This document shows, piece after piece, positions 8,309 to 17,329 of a stretch of DNA of 64,000 nt; the first letter of the stretch is position 1; the number at the start of each line of letters is the position of its first letter. This DNA comes from Alphaproteobacteria bacterium (GTDB lineage Bacteria > Pseudomonadota > Alphaproteobacteria > Rickettsiales > UBA1997): positions 8,525-72,524 of the forward strand of contig JAGKWR010000009.1 of assembly GCA_021151765.1 (NCBI GenBank), read 5' to 3'. Under the pieces are notes generated by a model. That model saw nothing but the letters and a program-made list of their open reading frames with translations. It made no database searches and had not been told where the DNA came from. Position numbers and translations under genes: made by a program.

Positions 8309-9520
8309 ATGATCAAAGACAGATTTTTAAGTGATATCCGTTCAGAACTCGACGCGCTTAAGTTGAACGGTTTGTACAAAAGTGAATATGAAATTGTTAC
8401 TTCGCAATCTTCAGAAATTGAAATTGCTACTCGAGATGGTCAAAAAAAGGTGCTTAACTTTTGCGCCAACAATTATTTGGGCTTAGCTAACAATAATAAT
8501 TTGATCGAAGTTGCCAAAAAATCACTCGATGATTATGGCCTTGGCACAGCTTCTGTGCGTTTTATTTGCGGCACTTTTGATTTGCACAAAACTTTCGAAG
8601 AAAAATTGGCGAAGTTTTTGGGTTTTGAAGATGTTATCACTTTCTCTTCGTGTTTCGCGGCTAACGGTGCGGTTTTTGCTGCTTTGCTTGATGAACAAGA
8701 TGCGATTATTTCTGCCGATTTAAACCATGCGAGTTTGATTGACGGTATCAGACTTTCCAAAGCTGCGCGCTATTTTTATAAATTTGACGACATGGCAGAT
8801 TTAGAGCGCAAATTGCAAGAAGCGCAAAGTGCTAAAAATCGTCTAATCGTTACCGACGGGGTTTTTTCAATGGATGGCGACATTGCTGATTTGCAATCAA
8901 TTTGTGATTTAGCTGAAAAATATGATGCCATGGTTTTGGTCGATGATTCGCACGCCACTGGTTTTATCGGTGAAGATGGCCGCGGAACTTTGCAATATCG
9001 TCAAGTTGAGGGTCGTGTCGATATTTTGACTTCAACTTTAGGAAAGGCTTTGGGCGGAGCCGGTGGCGGTTTTATCGCTTCTAAAAAAGAAGTGATTGAT
9101 AAATTGCGCAACAAATCTCGTCCTTATTTATTTTCAAACAACATCTTACCAGCAGTTGCGGCAACTGGCATTGAGATCATCAACATGATTTCAGATTCTA
9201 AAGTTTTGATCAAAAAATTAGCCGACAACACCGCTTATTTCCGTCAAAAAATGGTAGAAGCTGGTTTTGATATTCGCGATAAAAATGGCGTTCATCCAGT
9301 AGTTCCTGTAATGTTGTACGACGCGGTTTTGGCGAGCAAATTCGCTAAAATGATGATTGAAGAAGAAGGAATTTATGTTATCGCCTTTTCGTTTCCGGTA
9401 GTTCCGAAAAATGAAGCGCGAATTCGTGTGCAAATTTCGGCGGCGCATGAAAAAGAACATTTAGATCGTGCCATCGCTGCATTTATCAAAGTTGCCAAAA
9501 AACTAAACGTAATCAAATAA
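8309..9520 (+). CDS. kbl: glycine C-acetyltransferase (2-amino-3-ketobutyrate CoA ligase)
   Basis: Nearly colinear with E. coli Kbl as I remember it: NFCANNYLGL, ASVRFICGT, DDSHATGF, TSTLGKALGG (PLP lysine), IRVQISAAH. I moved the start to ATG 8309 (MIKDRF...). Confidence 0.85.
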   Translation: MIKDRFLSDIRSELDALKLNGLYKSEYEIVTSQSSEIEIATRDGQKKVLNFCANNYLGLANNNNLIEVAKKSLDDYGLGTASVRFICGTFDLHKTFEEKLAKFLGFEDVITFSSCFAANGAVFAALLDEQDAIISADLNHASLIDGIRLSKAARYFYKFDDMADLERKLQEAQSAKNRLIVTDGVFSMDGDIADLQSICDLAEKYDAMVLVDDSHATGFIGEDGRGTLQYRQVEGRVDILTSTLGKALGGAGGGFIASKKEVIDKLRNKSRPYLFSNNILPAVAATGIEIINMISDSKVLIKKLADNTAYFRQKMVEAGFDIRDKNGVHPVVPVMLYDAVLASKFAKMMIEEEGIYVIAFSFPVVPKNEARIRVQISAAHEKEHLDRAIAAFIKVAKKLNVIK

Positions 9521-10614
9521 TGAAAAAAGTTGCTGCATTAATTGCTTTGGCTGTGGTTTTGAATTCTTGTGGATCAACCAAAGAAGCGAGAATTCAAAAA
9601 AATTTCAACGCGGCGTGGAATGAATTTTTTGTGCAAGATTTTGACCAAACCAGAGTTGTTGATGTTTACGTTATAACCAATCGCCAAGCCAAGAATGCCA
9701 ATTTTTTGTGCGATGATGAGCAATTCGGCGTCAATTTTTCCAAAACTCTGAAATACGGAATTTGCAAAGTTAGCGTGCCAAAAAATCACACAATTGGTGA
9801 AATTGAAGTCGCCAACGAAAATAACAAATCACTGCAGAATTTTTTTAAAGTGACGCAAGCTGTTGCAATTAAAGAGGCGGATTTATTGAAATCTTTGCAA
9901 GATAGTCAGCGTTATCCTTTGGTTTTTGTTCACGGTTTTAATGTGCGTTTCCAAGAAGCGGTTTTGCGAGCAGCGCAAATTGCTTATGATTTGAAATATC
10001 AAGGTCCGATAGTTTTATACACTTGGCCAGCGGGCGCTGGATTTGGCTTTTTGGAAGAAAAAATGTTGAATAAAACTTACGCCGACAACACGGCGAATGC
10101 TCGTGATTCTGTCGCGCTTTTCAAAAGCTTTTTGCTCGATTTGCAAAACAATAAAATTCAAATCAATTTAGCAGTGCATTCGATGGGACATCAAGTGGTG
10201 TTGCCGGCTTTGAAAGAAATCGCCGAAAGCAATCCCAAAGAGCCTTTGATTAACCAATTAGTTTTGAATGCGCCAGATTTTGAAGTTAATAGTTTCCGTA
10301 AATTTTCAAAAAATTTGAAAAAGGTCAGCAAACGCACAACGCTTTATTGCTCGCCAAATGACAAAGCGATGATTGCTTCCAAAACTTTCAACAACAATAA
10401 CCGCCTTGGCGCTTGTGATTTTGTCGAAGATGTCGATAGCATAAATGTTGGTCAAATTGATGATCCAACTATTGGTCTTGGTCATGGCTATTACTCTTCG
10501 CGTGCTATTTTGGGTGATGTTTTCCAAACTTTGATTGGCGTTGATGCCAACAAAAGACTTTTTATCGCCAAGTCCAATCCCAACAGCCCTTATCAATATT
10601 TTTTACGTAAATAA
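9520..10614 (+). CDS. alpha/beta hydrolase, DUF900-like lipoprotein
   Basis: Lipobox VLNS|C, then VFVHGFN and VHSMGHQV (nucleophile elbow). TAATG overlap with the kbl stop. Confidence 0.6.
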   Translation: MKKVAALIALAVVLNSCGSTKEARIQKNFNAAWNEFFVQDFDQTRVVDVYVITNRQAKNANFLCDDEQFGVNFSKTLKYGICKVSVPKNHTIGEIEVANENNKSLQNFFKVTQAVAIKEADLLKSLQDSQRYPLVFVHGFNVRFQEAVLRAAQIAYDLKYQGPIVLYTWPAGAGFGFLEEKMLNKTYADNTANARDSVALFKSFLLDLQNNKIQINLAVHSMGHQVVLPALKEIAESNPKEPLINQLVLNAPDFEVNSFRKFSKNLKKVSKRTTLYCSPNDKAMIASKTFNNNNRLGACDFVEDVDSINVGQIDDPTIGLGHGYYSSRAILGDVFQTLIGVDANKRLFIAKSNPNSPYQYFLRK

Positions 10615-10751
10615 TGTCGGAAGAAAAAAAACCGGAAAACATAGAAATTCCTGACAAATCTTTGATTATGGCGCGCGCCACAACGATTGCGCTTGGCATT
10701 GTTTTGGCAACATTGGCTGTACTTTTTGTAATTTTAACTTTGATCAAATGA
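10614..10751 (+). CDS. hypothetical 45-aa single-pass membrane protein (not in the ORF track)
   Basis: My own translation: MSEEKKPENIEIPDKSLIMARATTIALGIVLATLAVLFVILTLIK*. The ATG overlaps the upstream stop (TAATG) and the TGA overlaps the dgt ATG (ATGA). Polar N-terminus plus one hydrophobic helix. Confidence 0.45.
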   Translation: MSEEKKPENIEIPDKSLIMARATTIALGIVLATLAVLFVILTLIK

Positions 10752-11905
10752 TAGATTTTGAGTTAGCGTCTTTTGCGGTTAATGAAGCGAAATCGCGCGG
10801 CAGATTGTACGCCGAAAGTTATGATGATTCAAAATATCGTTCAGTTTTTGGCCGCGATCGTGATCGCATCATCAACTCTTCAGCATTTCGCCGTTTGCAA
10901 TATAAAACCCAAGTTTTTGTCAACCACGAAGGCGATCATTATCGCACTCGTTTAACTCACAGTTTGGAAGTTGCGCAAATCGCCCGCTGGATTGCCGGCG
11001 CTTTGAAAGTGAATAAAGATTTGGCTGAAATTGTGTCGTTGGCGCATGATTTGGGTCACACACCTTTTGGTCATGCTGGAGAAGATGCTCTGCATGATAA
11101 AATGAAAGATTTTGGCGGTTTTTCGCACAATGCCCACACGTTGAAAATTATCACAAAACTTGAATCGCGTTTTATTGAATTCGAGGGTTTGAATTTGTCG
11201 TGGGAAATGTTGGAAGGCGTAGTTAAGCATAACGGCCCAATTTTGAATCAAGCCAAACTGCATGAATATATTGTGCAATATAACTCAAATCATGATTTGG
11301 ATTTGAAAAATTTCCCATCAATTGAATCGCAAATTTCGGCAATTTCTGACGATATTGCGTATAATAATCACGACATTGAAGATGGTTTGCGTGCCGCAGT
11401 TTTTAAAGTGAAAGATCTTTTTGAATTGCCGGTAATCGGTAAAATTTATCAAGAAATTTTGCATAAACATCCCGATATCAAACGTGAAATGTTAGTGGGT
11501 GAGGCTAAGAAATTGCTGACTTTAGCGATGGTGATGGATGTTATTGCGACAACTCAGCAAAATATTTCTGATAACAAAATTGTTAGCGAAGAAGATGTGC
11601 GTAAATGCGGTAAATTTTTAGTGCATTTTTCGCCAGATATGGAGAAGGCGCATCAATCAATGAAGAAGTTTTTGATGCAAAATATGTATCGTCATTCGAC
11701 CGTCAATCGTATGACTGCAAGCGCTCACAAAATAGTTGGCGGCTTGTTTGATTTTTACTTCAATAATGTCAATTGCTTGCCAGATGAGCGTGCGGACATT
11801 GCAAAAAATATTTCTGACCAAAAAACTTTAGCGATTTTTATTGCGGACTACATCGCCGGAATGACTGATCGTTATGCAATTAAAGAATATGAGGAACTTG
11901 TATGA
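10748..11905 (+). CDS. dgt: dGTP triphosphohydrolase-like HD-domain protein
   Basis: FRRLQYKTQVF...RTRLTHSLEVAQI...HDLGHTPFGH...ISDDIAYNNHDIEDG, typical of the Dgt family. Confidence 0.85.
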   Translation: MIDFELASFAVNEAKSRGRLYAESYDDSKYRSVFGRDRDRIINSSAFRRLQYKTQVFVNHEGDHYRTRLTHSLEVAQIARWIAGALKVNKDLAEIVSLAHDLGHTPFGHAGEDALHDKMKDFGGFSHNAHTLKIITKLESRFIEFEGLNLSWEMLEGVVKHNGPILNQAKLHEYIVQYNSNHDLDLKNFPSIESQISAISDDIAYNNHDIEDGLRAAVFKVKDLFELPVIGKIYQEILHKHPDIKREMLVGEAKKLLTLAMVMDVIATTQQNISDNKIVSEEDVRKCGKFLVHFSPDMEKAHQSMKKFLMQNMYRHSTVNRMTASAHKIVGGLFDFYFNNVNCLPDERADIAKNISDQKTLAIFIADYIAGMTDRYAIKEYEELV

Positions 11906-12459
11906 AAAATATACTATCTTATCGTGGCATGAAGCCAGAAATCGATGCATCATCTTTTATAGCACCAAACGCTTTATTGTCTGGCGCGGTTAAAATTGGT
12001 AAAAATTCCGGAATTTGGTACGGCTGCGTTTTACGTGGTGACGTTACTAAAATCGTGGTTGGCGACAATACCAACATCCAAGATAATTGTGTTTTGCACG
12101 GTACTCGTCCAAATCATGCGCAAAACAAAACTGGGGCGGAAGGTTCGCCAGTAATTATTGGCAACAACGTCACAATTGGCCACGGTGCGATAATTCACGC
12201 GTGTACTATTGAAGATAATTCGTTCATTGGCATGGGCTCAATAATTATGGATATGGCGCGTGTTGAAAAGTTTGGTATGTTGGCTGCTGGTGCGGTTTTA
12301 ACGCCGGGAAAAGTTGTGAAGTCAGGACAAATTTGGGCGGGAAATCCGGCAAAATATTTTCGTGATATGACGGAAGTTGAAAAAAATTACATTCAAATTT
12401 CAGCTGATAACTACGCAGAGTTGGCTCGTGAGTATAAACAAGAAAATAGCGAGCAGTAA
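11902..12459 (+). CDS. gamma-carbonic-anhydrase-like hexapeptide-repeat protein
   Basis: Left-handed beta-helix repeats (IGKNSGIWYGCVLRGD..., IGNNVTIGHGAIIH). Size and C-terminal helix as in the YrdA/PaaY family. Confidence 0.75.
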   Translation: MKNILSYRGMKPEIDASSFIAPNALLSGAVKIGKNSGIWYGCVLRGDVTKIVVGDNTNIQDNCVLHGTRPNHAQNKTGAEGSPVIIGNNVTIGHGAIIHACTIEDNSFIGMGSIIMDMARVEKFGMLAAGAVLTPGKVVKSGQIWAGNPAKYFRDMTEVEKNYIQISADNYAELAREYKQENSEQ

Positions 12460-12462
12460 TTA

Positions 12463-13266
12463 ATGGCGCATAGTTTTAACCAACAACAAGTTGAAAAAAT
12501 AGTTTCGATTGCACGTGAAGCTGGTAAAATTGCCGCTCAGTTTCAGCAATCCGGCGATTTTAAAGTTATGTATAAAGCTGATAACTCAAAAGTTAGCAGC
12601 GCTGATATTGCTGTGAGTCAATTTATCGGTGAAAAACTGCAACAAGAATTTCCACAAATTCCAATTATTTGCGAAGAAGGTAAATTACGCGTTGCTGAAA
12701 ATATTTTTTGGCTAATTGATCCAATTGACGGAACTAGCGGTTTTATTGACGGAAACAATGAATTTGCCATCAACATTGCCTTAGTTGAAAATCAAAAAGC
12801 TGTTTTCGGATTAATTTATGCTCCGCTTTTTGAGGATGCCAAAATGATTTATTTGGATAGCGATCAGAAAGTTATTTTGCGAAATGGCAGCGATGAACAA
12901 AAAGTTTTGGCATTTAAAAAATCTTCGTCAAATACTCTGCGCATTATTACTAGCCCAAGAACCAAAGCCAAAGATATCAAAAATTATTTAGAACAATTTC
13001 ATCAAGAAGTCGGTGAAAATTTCGTAGTTGAGCGTCTGTCTTCAGCAATAAAATTTTTTCGTATTGTAGAAAGCTCCGCAGATTTATATTTGCATTTTAG
13101 AGAATCGATGGAATGGGATACAGCAGCTGGACAAGCTTTGGTTGAAGCCTTTGGTGGCAAAGTGAAAACAATATTTTTGAATCAGGAAAAATTCTCGTTG
13201 GGCCAAGATTTGGTATACAGAAAAACTGATTTTCTTAATCAACAATTCGTAACTTTTATCGATTAG
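12463..13266 (+). CDS. inositol monophosphatase family / 3'(2'),5'-bisphosphate nucleotidase-like
   Basis: EEG...WLIDPIDGTSGF and WDTAAGQAL motifs. Confidence 0.7.
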   Translation: MAHSFNQQQVEKIVSIAREAGKIAAQFQQSGDFKVMYKADNSKVSSADIAVSQFIGEKLQQEFPQIPIICEEGKLRVAENIFWLIDPIDGTSGFIDGNNEFAINIALVENQKAVFGLIYAPLFEDAKMIYLDSDQKVILRNGSDEQKVLAFKKSSSNTLRIITSPRTKAKDIKNYLEQFHQEVGENFVVERLSSAIKFFRIVESSADLYLHFRESMEWDTAAGQALVEAFGGKVKTIFLNQEKFSLGQDLVYRKTDFLNQQFVTFID

Positions 13267-13267
13267 T

Positions 13268-13591
13268 ATGGTACAAAAATTTACCGCTAAATGCGATTTT
13301 GGAGGAAGAAAAATTCCTGTTACTTTATACATCGGCAATCCTTCTCCTAACACTCATCCGCTTGAGTTCCAAAATCGTTGGTTATCAAAAGAAAAAGGCG
13401 GAGCTGTGCCAAGTGACATCATGGAATCTTTTAACAAGCTGCAAAAAATTTCTAACGAAAGTAAAGTTTCTTTCGAAGAACTTTGTAAATACGTGATTGA
13501 CGAGCTGCAATCATCAGGTGAAATTGAAAACGATTTCAATAAAGCGACGCAATTTTCCGATCCAAAAAATACTCAATCTGACAACAAATAA
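13268..13591 (+). CDS. conserved-looking hypothetical protein
   Basis: 107-aa ORF tightly packed between the IMPase-like gene and ddl. No motif recognised. Confidence 0.45.
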   Translation: MVQKFTAKCDFGGRKIPVTLYIGNPSPNTHPLEFQNRWLSKEKGGAVPSDIMESFNKLQKISNESKVSFEELCKYVIDELQSSGEIENDFNKATQFSDPKNTQSDNK

Positions 13592-13592
13592 A

Positions 13593-14528
13593 ATGACAAA
13601 AAATATACATGTAGCCGTTTTGATGGGCGGTTGGAATTCTGAGCGTGAAGTTTCTTTGCGATCTGGCCAAGCAGCTTACGAAGCTCTGGTTAAACTTGGT
13701 TATGCCAAAGTAAGCAAAATCGATTTTTCGCGTGAAATTTATCAACAAATTCAAGAGCTAAAACCAGACGTGATTTTCAATGCGTTGCACGGTCAGTACG
13801 GTGAAGATGGGCGTTTGCAAGGCTTGTTGGACATCTTAAATATTCGATACACTCATTCCGGAATTACTGCTTCGGCAATTTGTATGGATAAAATTTTGAC
13901 GAGAAAAGTTTGTTCTTCAGTTGGAGTTTTGTCACCGCAATATGAAATTTTGAAGAAAGGTGAAGATGCACAAAATAAAGAGAAAATTTTCAATATCGGT
14001 AAACCGTTTGTAATCAAGCCAGTAAATGAAGGATCAAGTGTTGGCGTCGAAGTTATTTTGCAAAATTCGCAATTCGATATTTCTAAATATGAATGGAAAT
14101 ATGGCGATGAAATGATTTTGGAAAAATATCTCGCTGGTCAAGAAATTCAGGTGGCGGTTATGAATAACAAAGCTTTGGGCGCAATTGAAATTCGTCCGAA
14201 AGGTTTATTCTACGACTACACTTGTAAATATACAGCTGGAATGACGGATTACATTATGCCAGCCGAAATTTCGGAAGAAAAATATGCTGAAGTTTTGGAA
14301 CTTGCGCAAAAATGCCATCAAGTTGTTGGTTGCAAAGGAGTGAGCCGCGTTGACTTTATTTTGAATAACAAAGACGACGGTGACAACAATTTCTACTTGT
14401 TGGAAGTTAACACTCATCCAGGTTTTACCCAAACTTCTTTGGTGCCTAAAATTGCTAAATATGTCGGAATTTCTTTTGAAGAAATTGTCGAATACTTAGT
14501 TAACTCAGCATCTTGTGGAATTTCGTAA
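13593..14528 (+). CDS. ddl: D-alanine--D-alanine ligase
   Basis: VAVLMGGWNSEREVSLRSG, HGQYGEDG, LLEVNTHPG. Start at ATG 13593, 1 nt after the preceding stop. Confidence 0.9.
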   Translation: MTKNIHVAVLMGGWNSEREVSLRSGQAAYEALVKLGYAKVSKIDFSREIYQQIQELKPDVIFNALHGQYGEDGRLQGLLDILNIRYTHSGITASAICMDKILTRKVCSSVGVLSPQYEILKKGEDAQNKEKIFNIGKPFVIKPVNEGSSVGVEVILQNSQFDISKYEWKYGDEMILEKYLAGQEIQVAVMNNKALGAIEIRPKGLFYDYTCKYTAGMTDYIMPAEISEEKYAEVLELAQKCHQVVGCKGVSRVDFILNNKDDGDNNFYLLEVNTHPGFTQTSLVPKIAKYVGISFEEIVEYLVNSASCGIS

Positions 14529-14530
14529 AA

Positions 14531-15433
14531 ATGAAGAATTTTTCTTTCAAAAACATTAAAGAAAAATATGTCGCAACTTCTTCAGAAAGCTTGGTGGTGC
14601 GTCGTATAAAAAATTGGTTTCATCACAAAATACTGCCATTTTTTGTTAAAATGATCGCTGCTTTCGTTACTTTCATTGTAGTTGCTTTACTAATGCTGAA
14701 GCTTTTTAAACCTTTATATCTCGAAAAAATTTATCAAAAAACCAGCTTCTATTTCTTTCATTATCTTAATTTGGATAACCAAAATTTTTCGGTGATTAAA
14801 GTTAGCGGTAATATTCGTACAAAAACCGCAGAAATTGAAGATTTGGTAAATCGAGTTTCGGAAGACTTTAAGCTTAAAGAAGCAAATAAAGATTTCGATG
14901 AATCCTACGAACCATTGATTAAACAACTGGTCGTAGAAATTAAAAAAGAGTTGCCGTGGATCAACAAAATTGTGATTACACGCAGCATGCCTAATACGGT
15001 TAATATTGCAGTTACTGAATATGAACCGTTTGCAATTTGGCAAGATGAAGGCCAAAAATATGTCACAGATAAAGACGGCAACATTGTTTTAGTTGACGAT
15101 ATTGAAGAGTTTAAGCATTTGATTATTTTGTCTGGCAAAGACGCCAATATTCACGCTAATTCTCTGTTTAATATTTTCGCAATTGATCCGGAGTTGAGTA
15201 AAGAAATCTACTCAGCAACTTGGCTTGGCGGCAGAAGATGGGATATTCGTTTGGATAATGGTTTATTGATTAAATTGCCGGAAGACAATATTTCTGAGGC
15301 TTGGCACAGTTTAATTAAAATTTATTCGATGCCTGGTTCGATTAATGATCTGAAAATTATTGATCTGAGAATTGCTGGAAAAGTTTATTTAGAGTACGGC
15401 GACTTTGTCATCAAAGAACTCAAGAGTTTGTAA
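14531..15433 (+). CDS. ftsQ: cell division protein FtsQ
   Basis: N-terminal TM helix plus a POTRA-like region. Sits between ddl and ftsA. Start chosen at ATG 14531. Confidence 0.8.
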   Translation: MKNFSFKNIKEKYVATSSESLVVRRIKNWFHHKILPFFVKMIAAFVTFIVVALLMLKLFKPLYLEKIYQKTSFYFFHYLNLDNQNFSVIKVSGNIRTKTAEIEDLVNRVSEDFKLKEANKDFDESYEPLIKQLVVEIKKELPWINKIVITRSMPNTVNIAVTEYEPFAIWQDEGQKYVTDKDGNIVLVDDIEEFKHLIILSGKDANIHANSLFNIFAIDPELSKEIYSATWLGGRRWDIRLDNGLLIKLPEDNISEAWHSLIKIYSMPGSINDLKIIDLRIAGKVYLEYGDFVIKELKSL

Positions 15434-15441
15434 ATTTAATA

Positions 15442-16674
15442 ATGAAAAACGTCAAAAAAGGTAAAATCGTTGCGTGTTTAGACATGGGTACATCAAAGCT
15501 GGTGTGCTTTATCGCGTCTATCACTAATAACGACGAAATAAAAATTCTTGGTTACGGCGTTAAAGAATCGAAGGGTGTTGCGGAAAGTGCCATTTCTGAC
15601 ATGCGCTTGGCACAAAAATCGATCACTAACGTAGTTTCGGAAGCAGAAAGAATGGCCGGTTTTAACATTGATCGTTTGATGATTGGTTTGTCGGGCAGCC
15701 AAGTAATTTCAACGCGTAAAGAAGTTAGCGTTAAGATTGCTTCAGAAATTGTAAAAACTTCTGACATCAATAATTTAGCCAACAAAATCCGCAGCGAATA
15801 TAAAAAGAGTCATCGCGAAATTATTCACTTAATTCCCTTGCAATATCGTATTGACGACTCAACGCCAGTTTCAAACCCGCGCTATATGTCGGGTGAAAAT
15901 TTATACGCGAAATTTCACATCGTTTCTACTTCGCAAACCACAGTAAAAAACATTGAAAATTGTTTAAAACGCTGCCAGCTTTCAGTTAATAATTATGTGG
16001 TTGAACCTTACGCTTCATTGCTTTCTTGCCTCAGTGAAAGTGAAAATAATTTAGGAACTTTGCTAATCGATATTGGCGCTAGTTCAACTTCTTATTGTAT
16101 CACAATTGACGGAAAATTGTCTTATGTCGGTAACACGCAATTGGGCGGGATGCACGTCACGAAAGACATTGCAACCATTTTGAATATTCCTTTCGAAATA
16201 GCTGAAAAAATCAAAAGTTTGAATAGTTCTTTGCTGATCAGCCCGCTGGAAGAACGTGAATTAATCAATTTGAAATCGTCAATTAATAACGAAGGATTGG
16301 CGACAATTCGTATTACTCGCGCCGAGTTTCGCGACATTATGAAATATCGTATTGAAGAGATTTTTGATTCAGTAAAAGCAAATTTGGAAAAAGCCGGAGT
16401 ACCACTTTATATTTTAAGTAACGTTATCTTAACTGGTGGTGCAGCTTCAACAATTGGTATTGATAAGCTGGCTTCTGAAATTTTTGCTAAAGCAGTTAGA
16501 GTAGGTTACCCAAATCAACTCAACGCCGCTTCAGAGTTCTTAAACACAGGAAACGCTTGCTCTCTTGGCATGTTAGCTTTTTTGAAAAACATGTATCTAA
16601 GAGAAAAAATCAAAAGCGGATTCGAAAGCAAATCAAGTTGGTTTAGAAGATTAATTGAGAAATTAGCGTCTTAA
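15442..16674 (+). CDS. ftsA: cell division protein FtsA
   Basis: Actin-like ATPase motifs (CLDMGTSK, IDIGASST, LTGGAAS) and a C-terminal amphipathic tail. Confidence 0.9.
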   Translation: MKNVKKGKIVACLDMGTSKLVCFIASITNNDEIKILGYGVKESKGVAESAISDMRLAQKSITNVVSEAERMAGFNIDRLMIGLSGSQVISTRKEVSVKIASEIVKTSDINNLANKIRSEYKKSHREIIHLIPLQYRIDDSTPVSNPRYMSGENLYAKFHIVSTSQTTVKNIENCLKRCQLSVNNYVVEPYASLLSCLSESENNLGTLLIDIGASSTSYCITIDGKLSYVGNTQLGGMHVTKDIATILNIPFEIAEKIKSLNSSLLISPLEERELINLKSSINNEGLATIRITRAEFRDIMKYRIEEIFDSVKANLEKAGVPLYILSNVILTGGAASTIGIDKLASEIFAKAVRVGYPNQLNAASEFLNTGNACSLGMLAFLKNMYLREKIKSGFESKSSWFRRLIEKLAS

Positions 16675-16690
16675 TAAAATAGTATTTTAT

Positions 16691-16780
16691 CCTTTCTGGA
16701 TACGGAAACGCGACACGAGTCGCGCCCCGCATTGCGAGGATCCCCATCCCGTATTTTAAAGGGACATACGGTATAAAATA
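16691..16780. repeat. GC-rich nested-hairpin element between convergent ftsA and the mfd operon (terminator or REP-like element)
   Basis: Perfect hairpin CGCGAC-acga-GTCGCG (16709-16724), enclosed by ATACGG (16700-16705) / CCGTAT (16749-16754). A second ATACGGTAT palindrome lies at about 16766-16774. Locally far more GC-rich than the flanks. Confidence 0.5.
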
Positions 16781-16784
16781 AATC

Positions 16785-17327
16785 TTAAATCCCGCGTCCG
16801 CCTTTATTTTCATGGCTGCGATCTTGCTTCATATTTCTTAGTCTTGCGACATAACCCATATTATCAAAATCACTGCCTTCAGATTTCTTGCTTTGATTTT
16901 CAATCGCAGCACCAGCAGCTTCAGCATGATGTTTTGCCGCTCTTTTTTTTGCTAAACGATCGCGCTTTTGTTTCCACACGACTGATTTCATGGAAGTAGT
17001 ATTAAAAGTGTCTGTTGAACCCATCTTATCTACTTCTTCAGAACGATCATCCCAAACATCTTTGTTACTATTTTCTTTTTGCTCTTCATCTTCCAAGCCA
17101 CCAACTTCGCGATCTAAATTTCGCTGTTGATTGCTTTCCGGCTTAATTGCATTTTGCGAACTAGCTTCAATATTTTCTGTATTTTGGCTTTTATTCGCTT
17201 CTTCTTGTGGTTGTTCAACTATTTCTTTTTTGATGAATTTTTGATCATCATCTTCTTCTTTTTTACTATCGCTTTGAATTTGTTGCATAGCTTGAGCTAG
17301 TAGTTGGCGATTTGATAATTCAGCCAT
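16785..17327 (-). CDS. hypothetical acidic, low-complexity protein
   Basis: 180-aa ORF whose start lies 2 nt after the mfd stop. E/D/Q/K/N-rich with no hydrophobic segments. Basic C-terminal part (KQKRDRLAKKRAAKHH). Confidence 0.45.
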   Translation of the reverse strand: MAELSNRQLLAQAMQQIQSDSKKEEDDDQKFIKKEIVEQPQEEANKSQNTENIEASSQNAIKPESNQQRNLDREVGGLEDEEQKENSNKDVWDDRSEEVDKMGSTDTFNTTSMKSVVWKQKRDRLAKKRAAKHHAEAAGAAIENQSKKSEGSDFDNMGYVARLRNMKQDRSHENKGGRGI

Positions 17328-17329
17328 AT

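Noticed and set aside
10562-10747. 61-aa minus-strand ORF across the DUF900/dgt junction.
   Set aside because: The plus-strand 45-aa frame fits the TAATG/ATGA coupling pattern of the surrounding operon and has a clean TM helix. The antisense ORF overlaps the 3' end of the DUF900 gene.
10748-11905. dgt (10748-11905) and dcd (48691-49260) as anti-phage nucleotide-depletion defence genes.
   Set aside because: Both have housekeeping size, motifs and operon context, with no neighbouring defence or mobile genes. Nothing distinguishes them from core-metabolism orthologues.
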